Shown: positions 38,691 through 48,602, counted from the stretch's first letter. The stretch is DNA of 64,000 bases from Clostridia bacterium (GCA_045601365.1 JAZRZN010000038.1:2407-66406); one strand, 5' to 3'. The notes: a model not told the origin generated them from the sequence alone. Translations and numbers: made by a program.

Positions 38691-38756
38691 GAATGCACTT
38701 TTTTTGTCACGCGGACAGTGTTCTTTTGCGCATTGCGGCAATAATTATCAGGCTTA

Positions 38757-39719
38757 TCAGTAGCCTACCTGCTCCCGGCACTCAAACGGCGCGGCAAGCT
38801 CTTCGCTTACATATACCTGCGTCTTCATGAGCTGAAGCATCGACGAGGGAATGAGCGGTGATACCGGACCGTGAAGCACGAGACGCGATGTCATTCTCTG
38901 CCATGACGAGAATGTGTTGTTCGTCAGAAGTGCGTGTACCTCTATTCTTTCTCTTGCGTTCTTTACGTCAACAGGACCTATCGTTGCGGCACACGGCGGC
39001 ACATCGGCGATATAGCCAGACTGTCCGAACACACCGTGAAGTGAATTCTGTGCAACTGTCAGAGGATGAAGCTTTACTATCCTTGCTTTCATGCTTAAGT
39101 ATTCATCCATCGTAAGCGCGTCGGTGAACGGGGGAACGGGGTCGATGAATGCCATATGACCTGTCCATCCGGGCGATGATGAGCATATGTCTGCGCCGCC
39201 CTCACCGATGTCTGTTATCATGTCGGAATAGTCGTTTATATTCTTGTTTGTGGGATAATGAACCTGCGATATCGGCATGCGTAGCTTCGGGTCGATCTGA
39301 TAAATGAAATACTTGAGCATCGAGTGCGCGAAGCCTGCCTTGTATGTTTCGGGCGCGATATTGCCGTCCTGATCCGCCCATTCGTCCATGGCGAAAACAT
39401 GTACCTTACTGCAATCTACCTTGAAATAGTTTATGAGCTGTGCGAGCGGGATATATGTTTCCGGCTCGGGGTTGCCCAATATCATCGTGAATTTGCGTCC
39501 ATGCTCGGATGCATCTTTGAGACGCGCAAACAGCGTGGCGATAAGCACGGGATGAGGATTCTGCATCACCTTGATGTTGAAATCGGGGTTGGGGTGCTTC
39601 TCAAGGTCCTTGCCGCTTATCTTGCGAAGCCTTTCGCAGACCTCACGGTCCTTGAACGGAACGTAATCACCCGGGATAAAATCAAATGATGTCGGGGGAT
39701 CGAAAATTATGTCCTGCAT
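38757..39719 (-). CDS. Divergent NagB/6-phosphogluconolactonase-superfamily protein (320 aa)
   Basis: 'VFAMDEWADQDG' and 'GWTGHMAFIDP' are degenerate versions of the NagB 'MDEY' and 'GHxAFNEP' motifs. Carries an N-terminal extension. Confidence 0.7.
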   Translation of the reverse strand: MQDIIFDPPTSFDFIPGDYVPFKDREVCERLRKISGKDLEKHPNPDFNIKVMQNPHPVLIATLFARLKDASEHGRKFTMILGNPEPETYIPLAQLINYFKVDCSKVHVFAMDEWADQDGNIAPETYKAGFAHSMLKYFIYQIDPKLRMPISQVHYPTNKNINDYSDMITDIGEGGADICSSSPGWTGHMAFIDPVPPFTDALTMDEYLSMKARIVKLHPLTVAQNSLHGVFGQSGYIADVPPCAATIGPVDVKNARERIEVHALLTNNTFSSWQRMTSRLVLHGPVSPLIPSSMLQLMKTQVYVSEELAAPFECREQVGY

Positions 39720-39749
39720 TTTTATATCTCCTTTTATCCGGTAAACCGG

Positions 39750-40883
39750 TTACTTTACTTCTTCACCGCCGAAGAATATTTTTTTGATATTCATTTCGGC
39801 ATCGGTTATCAGCATATCGGCGCGTCTGCCTTTTTCGATACAGCCGCGGTCAGAAAGACCGAGCAGTCTTGCCGGATTGTATGAAGCGAATTTGAATACC
39901 TGACACAGCGATGCGCCCGTGTGCATCATCATGTTTTTGCACACCGAATCAAGCGTTATCTTCGTACCGGCTATCTCACCCGCGAAGTCGAAATTGATGT
40001 CCGTCACGCCGTCGTAACCCTCGGGCACAGGACCGTTTGCCACATACGAATCGGAAATGAGTATTATTCTGTCGTCGCCCTTTATCTTGCGCACCATGCG
40101 AAGCATATAGGGATCGACATGGATGCCGACGCTGTCGCAGATAAGCTCAGCATATATATCGTCATTGCGAAGCACTGTTTCGTCAACGCATACGCCCTTG
40201 CACTCGGGATATCTGGAAAGCGTTCCCGTTGCATTCGTGTGATGTGTGGCAAGCTTCAGTCCGTAGCGCATGAGTGCTTCTATCTGATACGGCTCAGCCT
40301 CACTGTGCGCGACGGAGAATATTACATTCGGATTCTTTTGCTTGGCGAACTTTACGAATTCCTCAATATGCTCGCGCTCGGGAGCAACACACCATACCCG
40401 TGCAAAATCTCCCGCTTCTTCTACTATCGGGATGTAATCGTCACTTGAAATCGGGAACCGCCATGGGTTGTTTTCCTTATCACAGCCGTATTTCGGGTTA
40501 AGATACGGTGCTTCCATGTAAAGCCCGAAAATATTCGGTACTTTTCCCGCTGCCTTAAGCTCTTTTATCTGTCTTATCTGTGCGATAAGCTCATCTTTCG
40601 GCGCGGTGAAGTATATTGCGGGAGTAACGCCCGTGACACCGTGGTGAAGCAGGTCGTCGGCGACCTTTTCGGGATCTTCATGGAAAAATACGAGACCGTT
40701 TGAATGCGTATGCAGCTCTATCAGTCCGGGTCCGACATAGCCGCCATTCGCGTCGATGATATCCATACCGCTTGTATCAAGCTTTTTACCGACATCTACG
40801 ATGGTTTCACCGTCGAATATGACAGCACCGTTACGAATTACATAGTCCGGCATAATGATGTTTGCATTTATTATTGCTTTCAT
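39750..40883 (-). CDS. N-acetylglucosamine-6-phosphate deacetylase-like amidohydrolase
   Basis: AAGAGGTG RBS. 'GPGLIELHTHS' metal-binding HxH motif. About 377 aa, NagA-like layout. Confidence 0.8.
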   Translation of the reverse strand: MKAIINANIIMPDYVIRNGAVIFDGETIVDVGKKLDTSGMDIIDANGGYVGPGLIELHTHSNGLVFFHEDPEKVADDLLHHGVTGVTPAIYFTAPKDELIAQIRQIKELKAAGKVPNIFGLYMEAPYLNPKYGCDKENNPWRFPISSDDYIPIVEEAGDFARVWCVAPEREHIEEFVKFAKQKNPNVIFSVAHSEAEPYQIEALMRYGLKLATHHTNATGTLSRYPECKGVCVDETVLRNDDIYAELICDSVGIHVDPYMLRMVRKIKGDDRIILISDSYVANGPVPEGYDGVTDINFDFAGEIAGTKITLDSVCKNMMMHTGASLCQVFKFASYNPARLLGLSDRGCIEKGRRADMLITDAEMNIKKIFFGGEEVK

Positions 40884-40971
40884 TTTTACACCTCTTATGT
40901 AAACAGTGTATCATAAACTCATTTAAGATATGTATGTTTTTTTACACGATTTGTATATTTTGAATATTTTT

Positions 40972-41781
40972 TCAGTTCACCTCTATAAGCAAAAGCGCGT
41001 CATCCGTAAAACTTACGGGGATATCCAAAAAACCGTCAGCTTTTATTCTTGCTTGCAGTACGGGCTTCATGATGCCTTCATCACGAAGCAGGGATATTTC
41101 TTCTTCTGTCAGATTTTCATTCATGCCTTTGCACTTGAAAAGCGTATAGGGATTCGTATGTGTTTTGTCGATGCACCAAACGCGGATATTTTTGTCGCCC
41201 TTTATATTTTCAAGATGAACGGTGTCGCGTATCTCCGGCATCGTTTCATCGAAGTTCTCGGAAGCGTAAGCGAGCATGACAGCCATATCGCCGAGATCAT
41301 CCGAAGTGACGCACGCTCAAGCCGTCGTGAATATTTTCACTGCTTAATATGTTTTCCTTGAGCCTGTTTGCGAGTATGTGCGCGTTGAGAGGTCGTCGCA
41401 ATCGGGCATAAAAAAGAGTGTGATATCAGGCTCATTCAAGCATTGCAGATGCCATTTTCTTACCGTTTCAAGCCCGTAGCGTTCAACTATATGGAGCGTG
41501 TAGCGATAACATATCTCCTCCCATACGGAATGATCGTATGGCACTGACGTGACTATCATTTTGCCCTTATCGCGTGTTTTGTTTTTCGCCACACTGCCGA
41601 GCTGATTTTTGTCCTTTGCGAGAAACGGCGGTATAAAGGCGTAAGACAGCACGATATCAAAGCCCTTTTGCGTCAGATAGTCAAGTCGCAGGTCGTTGAG
41701 CGAAAAATCAAAATGCAGTTTTCTGTCCGCATCCTGCGTGACGATATCTTCCGTCATGGCGTAGATGCGTACTGCTTTCAC
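40972..41781 (-). pseudogene. Decayed GH39 (beta-xylosidase-like) gene, two out-of-frame fragments with an internal deletion
   Basis: Fragment 41344..41781 carries 'IVERYGLETVRKWHLQCLNEPD' (compare GH39 'ERYG..V..WYFEVWNEPN'). Fragment 40972..41286 looks like a GH39 C-terminal beta-sandwich. Total is about 250 aa against roughly 500 expected. Confidence 0.6.
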
Positions 41782-41788
41782 CGCGTTA

Positions 41789-41995
41789 TCAGCCGCGATC
41801 GCATTGAGATTGCGCTGTCCCCAAGCGTCCTCTATTGCGTCGGCAGGGTGAAAAACGATATTGCTTCACACGTTTTTGTGCCTTTTCGGGGCTGTGATCG
41901 CATATCGCAGTAAGCGTTACATCATCAAGCCGGTTTATCGCCGAGATGTGATTTTGAGATATGCGTCCGTAACCGATTATTACTGCATTTACCAT
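41789..41995 (-). pseudogene. Truncated Gfo/Idh/MocA oxidoreductase N-terminus
   Basis: 'MVNAVIIGYGRISQNHISAINRLDDVTLTAICD' Rossmann start, then the frame degenerates after about 40 aa. Confidence 0.55.
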
Positions 41996-42022
41996 ATTGA
42001 CACTTCCTTTTGCTTTACAAAT

Positions 42023-42736
42023 TCAGTCATATTTGATTTCATTTGTCGCTTCTGTGTGCGATGCGTCTCCGAACAGCTTGAGCTTCGGGTAGATGAGCGA
42101 ATCATATTCGCCCTCAAATGCGATTTCACTGATTGCGGTATAGTCTATATGGAGCATCGCGATACATTGCTCAAACGGGATATTGAAGAGACGTGATATC
42201 AGCACCGAGAAAGAACCGCCGTGCCCGAAAAGCGCAACGGTATCGTTGTTTTCCTTAAGCACTCTGTAATAGTCGCCCTCACGCTTATAACCGAGATATT
42301 TAAGCCATTCGTCAAGCCCGTTTTTGACACGGGAAACGCTTTCATAGACGCAGTTGCGTGCGAATCGAGGCGCTGAGAAATCGAGTTTGGCATTTTCGGC
42401 AACGGTCTTTTTTGCCTGCACCCACACTGAGTATTCTTCTCTGAAAACCTCTTTGCGTTTTTCAAGCGGGAGCGCCTCGTAAGCCTTCCTTTCCTCGCCT
42501 TCCTTCGGTCCGGAACCTATTTCACGCATGAAATCAAGCTTTGTAACATTCATGTTTTTAAGCTCCGCAGTGTGCATTGCCGTTTCAAATGCCCGCCCGC
42601 AGGAAGATGAATATATTTCGTCGATTTTTGTATTTTTCAGCCTTTGCGCACACAGCGCGGCATGCGTGTGACCGAGTTCCGTCAGACAGTCGTGTTCATA
42701 GTCGGGATGACCGTGACGTACAAGCAACAGGTTCAT
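42023..42736 (-). CDS. Histidine phosphatase family protein (phosphoglycerate-mutase-like)
   Basis: ATG 42736 follows GGGAGG. 'LLLVRHGHPDY' RHG motif and 'LFGHGGS' second His. Confidence 0.85.
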   Translation of the reverse strand: MNLLLVRHGHPDYEHDCLTELGHTHAALCAQRLKNTKIDEIYSSSCGRAFETAMHTAELKNMNVTKLDFMREIGSGPKEGEERKAYEALPLEKRKEVFREEYSVWVQAKKTVAENAKLDFSAPRFARNCVYESVSRVKNGLDEWLKYLGYKREGDYYRVLKENNDTVALFGHGGSFSVLISRLFNIPFEQCIAMLHIDYTAISEIAFEGEYDSLIYPKLKLFGDASHTEATNEIKYD

Positions 42737-42881
42737 TTTTCCCAAACCTCCCATGATTACTGCTTATATTTTATCATACCGAGGGTGAATCCACAAGCGG
42801 AAATATCGTTTCTTTCGGCAACGGCAGAATAACCGTTCTTTTTTTTGCGATACCGCATAACATAGATGCGGGGTGTAATAA

Positions 42882-43655
42882 ATGTCAAGAAGATCACGGG
42901 AAATGAAGAAGAATGTTGCGGCGGTCGCAGTGATCGCGGTATTTGCGGTATTGGTGTTCAGCATAAATTCGATAGGCAGATTTATTGCCGAAAAGGTGAT
43001 ATCGCCGGTAACGGAGCTTAGTGCTTCGCGTGATGAAAATATTTCGACCGACAAAATATCAGGCAACGCATGGGAAGTCTACGGCATCGCCGTTCCCGTG
43101 CAGAACGAAGGCGATGCCGCCGCGACAGCCGAAAGCATCAAAACAAATGACGGCGGCGGATATGTGTTTTCCTCCGACGGCGATATGTATGTGATATTCT
43201 CGTGCCTGTGCGATAAAGGTGAAGCGCAAAGCATGGCATCGGACACGGACGGAGCTATCTTGCTTACATTCAGGCTTGATGCGCTTTCGCTGAAGGTTAC
43301 GGGATCGGCATCAAAAATAAATGCTGTACGGAATGCATTTGCGGTCCTGCAGGAGACGGCAAAAAATACAGTAAGCCTGACCGAAGATGTCCAAAATAAA
43401 AAAATAACATATCTTAAGTGCTGTACGGCATTGAAATCTTACGGAGATAAGCTTGAGACATGCCGTGATGAGCTTGAATCACTCAACAGTAACAACACAG
43501 TTGTAAAGGCACTTAAGGATATGTATTCGTGTGCGCTGACACTTTGGTCGGAAATGCCGAAAAGCAGTGACGGCGCATTTCTCAAAAAACTGCGCTATGC
43601 ATCGTCGGCATTGGTGTGCGAATATATGAATTTCTGCTCCGATCTCGGCGGCTGA
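42882..43655 (+). CDS. Membrane-anchored hypothetical protein (possible SPOR-like domain)
   Basis: N-terminal TM 'VAAVAVIAVFAVLVF'. The segment 'YGIAVPVQNEGDAAATAESIK..GGYVF' is weakly SPOR-like. The function call is weak. Confidence 0.7.
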   Translation: MSRRSREMKKNVAAVAVIAVFAVLVFSINSIGRFIAEKVISPVTELSASRDENISTDKISGNAWEVYGIAVPVQNEGDAAATAESIKTNDGGGYVFSSDGDMYVIFSCLCDKGEAQSMASDTDGAILLTFRLDALSLKVTGSASKINAVRNAFAVLQETAKNTVSLTEDVQNKKITYLKCCTALKSYGDKLETCRDELESLNSNNTVVKALKDMYSCALTLWSEMPKSSDGAFLKKLRYASSALVCEYMNFCSDLGG

Positions 43656-43678
43656 CAGTTCATTGAAAACGTGCGGTT

Positions 43679-44347
43679 TTATTCATACAATGCTTCCAGA
43701 CGGTATATCGGCATTCCCATATCCGAGAAGCGTTTTTCGTATTCGGTGACGATATTGCCTTCGAAATCCGAATTGTGCAGATCAAGCGAGATATTGCGCA
43801 GCTTATATCCGCATGCGGAAAACTGCTCAAGTGAGTATTCGAAAAAGTGCATGTTGTCTGTTTTCTGACATATTGCCCCGCTCTTTTTGAGATACTGCTT
43901 ATACGATTCGAGGTATCTCGGATGCGTTAAACGGCGTGAGGCATACGGATATTTCGGGTACGGGCACGAAAAATTGAGATATATATTGCTTACGGAATCC
44001 GGCGGAATCCAGCACGGCAGCAGTTGGGCATCGCAGTTTATAAAGTACACGTTTTTAAGATCCGCCTCCCGCGCCTTGCGGCACGCCTCCACTATCACGT
44101 TTTTGCTGACCTCTACCGCGACAAACGCTTTGCCCGGCTCACGCGCGGCAAGCTCGCAGATGAACGTTCCCTTGCCGCAACCGATTTCAAGTTCAACTTC
44201 ACTTTTGCCGAAAATACTTGAAAAATCAAGATAATTCTTATTTTCAAGAGCCTTTTGGATGTTAAGCTCGGTCCGTTCGGGAATATACAGCAAATCGGGA
44301 TACATAGCAACAAATGTATCGAGATTGCGTTTTCTGCGCATTCTCAT
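43679..44347 (-). CDS. trmB: tRNA (guanine46-N7)-methyltransferase
   Basis: 'LEIGCGKGTF' SAM motif, 'NFSCPYPK' and 'TEYEKRF'. Confidence 0.92.
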   Translation of the reverse strand: MRMRRKRNLDTFVAMYPDLLYIPERTELNIQKALENKNYLDFSSIFGKSEVELEIGCGKGTFICELAAREPGKAFVAVEVSKNVIVEACRKAREADLKNVYFINCDAQLLPCWIPPDSVSNIYLNFSCPYPKYPYASRRLTHPRYLESYKQYLKKSGAICQKTDNMHFFEYSLEQFSACGYKLRNISLDLHNSDFEGNIVTEYEKRFSDMGMPIYRLEALYE

Positions 44348-44414
44348 TTTTTTCTCCTTTCAGCACAAAGCATGTTTATTTTATATATTATAGCATAAGT
44401 TTGCAAAAAAACAA

Positions 44415-44444
44415 TTGCAAAATGTGTGATGTGCGTGTTACAAT
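44415..44444 (+). promoter_or_regulatory. Candidate promoter of the AraC regulator
   Basis: TTGCAA, 18 nt spacer, TACAAT. GGAGA RBS before ATG 44467. Confidence 0.45.
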
Positions 44445-44466
44445 GTAGCTGTTTGGAGATGGTTTC

Positions 44467-45273
44467 ATGCTCAGACAGTGCGATATAAGAAATGACAGAT
44501 ATAACGGCATAGTTCCGCTGTATATGGGGAGCGAGGACTGTACGCCGAAGCATTCCTACGGCCCGGCGGTACGAATGTTTTGGCTCTTGCATTATGTGGT
44601 TTCGGGTAAGGGCAGATATTCTGTCGGCGGAAACGAATACAGGCTTTCGGCAGGCGATGCATTTCTGATAAAGCCGGGTGAAATAACCGTATATTCAGCC
44701 GATGAAAACGAACCGTGGCATTATATATGGGTGGCATTTGAAGGCGATATAAAAAAACTGCACGAGCTTCCATATGTCATAAATGACGAACGCTTACGGG
44801 ATTTGATGACACGCATAGATGAACATGACGATTTCGGGGAGAGTACAGACCTGTATTCCGTTGCGCAAATCTGGAATGTGATATGGTGCCTTTGCGGTGA
44901 CAGCATAGAAAACAGCGACGAAAGCTATTCATCCGCCGCCGTCAATATGATAAAAAAGCAGTACATGAAAAACATATCCGTGCAAAGCATAGCCGATGCA
45001 CTCGGACTTGAACGCAGTTATTTTTCAAACATTTTCCGCCGTGATACAGGGAAAAGTCCGGGGCAGTTCATTCTTGAATACAGAATGGAAAAAGCAGTCG
45101 AATTGCTCAAATGTGAAAAATACTCGGTTTCCGTTATTGCCGCATCTGTAGGATATGCTGATCCGTTCAGTTTTTCACGAAGCTTCAAAAACTACTTCGG
45201 AGTGCCGCCGCAAAGATTCAAGGATGCGGAAAGCACGATTTCAAAGATACACAGAGGGACACTGTCGGATTAA
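44467..45273 (+). CDS. AraC family transcriptional regulator
   Basis: Cupin N-terminus plus 'RSYFSNIFRRDTGKSPGQF...PFSFSRSFKNYFGVPPQRF'. Confidence 0.9.
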   Translation: MLRQCDIRNDRYNGIVPLYMGSEDCTPKHSYGPAVRMFWLLHYVVSGKGRYSVGGNEYRLSAGDAFLIKPGEITVYSADENEPWHYIWVAFEGDIKKLHELPYVINDERLRDLMTRIDEHDDFGESTDLYSVAQIWNVIWCLCGDSIENSDESYSSAAVNMIKKQYMKNISVQSIADALGLERSYFSNIFRRDTGKSPGQFILEYRMEKAVELLKCEKYSVSVIAASVGYADPFSFSRSFKNYFGVPPQRFKDAESTISKIHRGTLSD

Positions 45274-45294
45274 ACAACAGTGTCCCGTTTTTTT
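45256..45294 (+). terminator. Rho-independent terminator
   Basis: GGGACACTGT, loop, ACAGTGTCCC, followed by GTTTTTTT. Confidence 0.75.
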
Positions 45295-45384
45295 ATAGGT
45301 TTGCTTTTGCGGCTTCGATGCGTTTTGTTTTTTGCGGGTTCTTAAAAAGACACCCGGAGTATCTTGCAAAGCCCGAAAACAGTG

Positions 45385-46245
45385 CTACGCAAATACCGTG
45401 ATTATAACATTTCCGGTGTTATCGGGTGAAACGGTGCATTTGCTCCAGCTCTCCGGCATATTCACGGTGCTTTCGGCAGTACGCAGAATGAAACAGCTTT
45501 CGCCGGAAGCAAACCACTGCTCCGGCGTCAGTGCTTCGATATATTCTTCATATGAAACACCGCTGTCCATTATCAGACGCGCGTGCGGCTGACCGACATA
45601 CCGTATATGCCACGGCTCATATGCGATGCCCGTTATATCGGTTTTGCCGTAAGGATAACGTATTATGAAGCCGTATTCACCGCAATGCCTGTTAATGTAT
45701 CTGCCTGCCGGCGAATCGAGAAAAGATATCCCGCCGAAATACTTTGCATATATATCAAGCGCAAGCCCGGTTTCATGCTCACTGCATCCTACCTGCGCCG
45801 CAACGGTGGCTGCACTTTCGGAAAGTATGCGTTCCTGATCTGCTTTTGTTCTGAAGTGGCTTGACACATAAATGTGTACGCCTGTTTTTGCCTCGGTTTC
45901 GTCACGCATCGAAACATATGCATCTACCATTTGCGGATGCATCACCGCTCCGTTGAATTCCGTGACATTCGGAAGAAAACCGAACGGTATCGGATGTTCG
46001 CTGTTTACGAGCATGAGCAGTGAATTGCTGTCTGTCCTGCTGTCGCTTTTTATTTCGTCAAGCGTGTATTTTACCGAAAAGGATGAAGCATCGGCAGATT
46101 TTATATCAGGAGTGTTGTCGTGAAGAAGCATTTGCAGACGCGGAAACCACCACTCATTCTTTTTGCGGACAAAAAATATTCCCGCAACAAGTACCGCAAC
46201 ACATAACGCCGCCGCGATAAGCCGCAGGAAGATACGCTTTTTCAT
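45385..46245 (-). CDS. M15 family D-alanyl-D-alanine carboxypeptidase (VanY-like)
   Basis: N-terminal TM. 'SEHETGLALDI' and 'YEPWHIRYVG' zinc-ligand motifs. Confidence 0.9.
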   Translation of the reverse strand: MKKRIFLRLIAAALCVAVLVAGIFFVRKKNEWWFPRLQMLLHDNTPDIKSADASSFSVKYTLDEIKSDSRTDSNSLLMLVNSEHPIPFGFLPNVTEFNGAVMHPQMVDAYVSMRDETEAKTGVHIYVSSHFRTKADQERILSESAATVAAQVGCSEHETGLALDIYAKYFGGISFLDSPAGRYINRHCGEYGFIIRYPYGKTDITGIAYEPWHIRYVGQPHARLIMDSGVSYEEYIEALTPEQWFASGESCFILRTAESTVNMPESWSKCTVSPDNTGNVIITVFA

Positions 46246-47297
46246 GTTTTACCGCGTCCCCGTTTGTAAAGAATGTATTTTATCAAAACAGTCAAGCCGC
46301 AAACCGCTACGCATATATAGAACGAAAGTGAGCGGCTGAGAAGCTCAAGATTGGTTGCCGTCTGCCCGGAGGCTATCGAATTGAAGCCGTCGAGCAAGAT
46401 GTAATCGGTTACGCCCATCGCGCCGGGTACGGGGATGCAGTACGCACCCATGATAACGAATATTTGTAAGCTGAATACTCTGAACGCATTTGCGGCGACA
46501 CCGCCGGTAGCAAGGTATGTGAACATAGTCACAAGTCCCTGCGATATCTTGTGCAGAAAGTTGATAAAAAGTGCTTCAATAAGCGCACTTCGCTTATCTT
46601 TAAGCAGGCGCGTATACGATGCGTACTGGTCTATCCACAGCCGAAGCTTTTCGAGTTTTTCTTCTTTTTTGCGAATGAGCCGAAGCTTGCTGAGCGCTCT
46701 TATCGTGCCGCCGCAAAGTTTGTGAAGTATTATCGGCTTTGTGAGCAAAAGCATGAATATCGCGCACAGTCCTGCCTGCACACCGAAGCCTATAATGATA
46801 AGTGCCTTGGATACTATATTGAATTCAAGGAACGATGCAGGCACGAGAATGAAGCAAAGAATGCCTATCACCACAGCCGCAATGGTGTACATCATTAAGT
46901 TTGCTATAAGCACTACGGTGACGAACATACTCGGTATGCCGTCCTTTATCATGAAAAAGGCACTTGCGGGCTGACCGCCGGTAGCCGAAGGAGTTATTGC
47001 CGAAAAATATATATCTGCCGCCGAATACGCGAAGCCGTTCCCGAAGCTTTTTTTGTAGCCGAATGAACGGCATATCGCAAGTATGGATATACCTTCGAAG
47101 ACGATGAAGCCTATCATGCTCAGCACTGCACATGTCAAAGGCAGTTTGCGGGCGTTCCTGACAAATGAAAGAAACGTTGCGAGTGAAAAGCTCTTGCTTT
47201 GTGACATTACCGCCCAAATGCTGAGCGCGGCGATGATCACGAATATAACTGTCCAAAGCGCTTTGTTTTTAAGCTTTTGATTTTTACTGTTCTGCAA
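46242..47297 (-). CDS. UPF0104 / LPG-synthase-TM (flippase-like) family membrane protein
   Basis: About 8 TM segments. TTG 47297 lies 9 nt after AGAGGT and is preferred over the RBS-less ATG 47387. ATGA overlap with the VanY-like gene. Confidence 0.78.
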   Translation of the reverse strand: MQNSKNQKLKNKALWTVIFVIIAALSIWAVMSQSKSFSLATFLSFVRNARKLPLTCAVLSMIGFIVFEGISILAICRSFGYKKSFGNGFAYSAADIYFSAITPSATGGQPASAFFMIKDGIPSMFVTVVLIANLMMYTIAAVVIGILCFILVPASFLEFNIVSKALIIIGFGVQAGLCAIFMLLLTKPIILHKLCGGTIRALSKLRLIRKKEEKLEKLRLWIDQYASYTRLLKDKRSALIEALFINFLHKISQGLVTMFTYLATGGVAANAFRVFSLQIFVIMGAYCIPVPGAMGVTDYILLDGFNSIASGQTATNLELLSRSLSFYICVAVCGLTVLIKYILYKRGRGKT

Positions 47298-47441
47298 AAC
47301 CGAAATACCTCTGTCGGATTTTATATTCTTATACGCTATTATTTTATCATATTTATGATATAGCCGCAAGTGAAATTGATGACACACTGCTTACATTTTT
47401 GTAACAAACGGACATTTTGCGGTACATCGGATCGCCGATAT

Positions 47442-48494
47442 TCATTTGCAGCAGCTTCCGCAAGGCGAATATCCGTCTTTTTCCGCATCGGTAACAGAAT
47501 CAAAATACACTCTGTTATCCTCTGCGGGAAGCGATGCGCAATCGGGCATATGATATTTTTTTGATTTTTTGTTGCCTATTACGGCTGCATCGGTATTGCC
47601 GAGTGCGGGAGTTGCCTGTTGTGCTTTTTCGACAACCGATGTGTCACCGCAGTTGACCGTGATATCGGTCCCGTCGGTAGAGATCACTACCGTTCCGACC
47701 TTGTCGGTGCGATACGTCCGTATTTTTGCCTGTTCAAGTATTTCAAGCGTTTCTTTGTGCGGATGACCGTAATCGTTGCCCGTTCCGCACGATATCACAG
47801 CAAATTGCGGCATAACGCTCCTCAGGAAAAGGTAACGTGTCGAGGAACTTGAACCGTGATGGGCTACCTTAAGCACATTCGCGCTGAGATCCTCTCCGCT
47901 TGCAACAAGCTCGGATTCGACATCGTGTTCTATATCACCTGTAAAAAGGAACGATGCTTTGCCGTATATGAGCTTAAGCACGATGGAAGTATTGTTCGGA
48001 TTGTCTTCGTTTTCAGGCGTATACGGCCATAAAACATCAATAAACGCATCGGCGAAGTTTAGGGAACTTCCGCCGCGGCATAAGGTTATCCCGCACCGCT
48101 TGTCAGCCGCTTTCTTAAAATACTCAAAGCATTTGCCGGGATATGTATCAACGGGGGAATATATCACGCCGACAGGGAAAGCTTCGATCACATCATCAAG
48201 CCCGCCGATATGATCCTCATGTGCATGAGTTGCAAAAATATAATCAAGTGAGTTTATGCCGAGCCTACGGATATAATTTACTATATCTTTGCCGTCACCG
48301 ACATTGCCGCCGTCGATAAGCATGCTGTGGCCGTTAAGCGTTATAAGCTCGCAATCGCCTTGACCGACGTCGATAAAATGAACTGTCAGCTTGCCCGGCA
48401 CGCTTGTGATGGCGGGAGCTTCCGCATCTGCACATGCGCAGAATAAAAGCGATATTATAAGCAATACTGCAAAAAGTTTTGAAAACTTTTTCAA
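47442..48494 (-). CDS. Secreted MBL-fold (ComEC C-terminal-like) hydrolase lipoprotein with a C-terminal Cys-rich Ada-like motif
   Basis: Lipobox 'LLFCAC'. 'THAHEDHIGG' MBL motif. C-terminus 'YHMPDCASLP..FDS..DAEKDGYSPCGSCC'. Confidence 0.85.
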   Translation of the reverse strand: MKKFSKLFAVLLIISLLFCACADAEAPAITSVPGKLTVHFIDVGQGDCELITLNGHSMLIDGGNVGDGKDIVNYIRRLGINSLDYIFATHAHEDHIGGLDDVIEAFPVGVIYSPVDTYPGKCFEYFKKAADKRCGITLCRGGSSLNFADAFIDVLWPYTPENEDNPNNTSIVLKLIYGKASFLFTGDIEHDVESELVASGEDLSANVLKVAHHGSSSSTRYLFLRSVMPQFAVISCGTGNDYGHPHKETLEILEQAKIRTYRTDKVGTVVISTDGTDITVNCGDTSVVEKAQQATPALGNTDAAVIGNKKSKKYHMPDCASLPAEDNRVYFDSVTDAEKDGYSPCGSCCK

Positions 48495-48573
48495 AAATCG
48501 TCACCGCCAATGCTGTTATATGTCAATAATTGTACCAAAAAATGCGGCAACTGTCAATTATCACATAATTGGA

Positions 48574-48602
48574 TTGACTTTTTTGACATCTGATGATACA
48601 AT
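48574..48602 (+). promoter_or_regulatory. Sigma-A type promoter of asnA
   Basis: TTGACT, 17 nt spacer, TACAAT. Confidence 0.55.
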
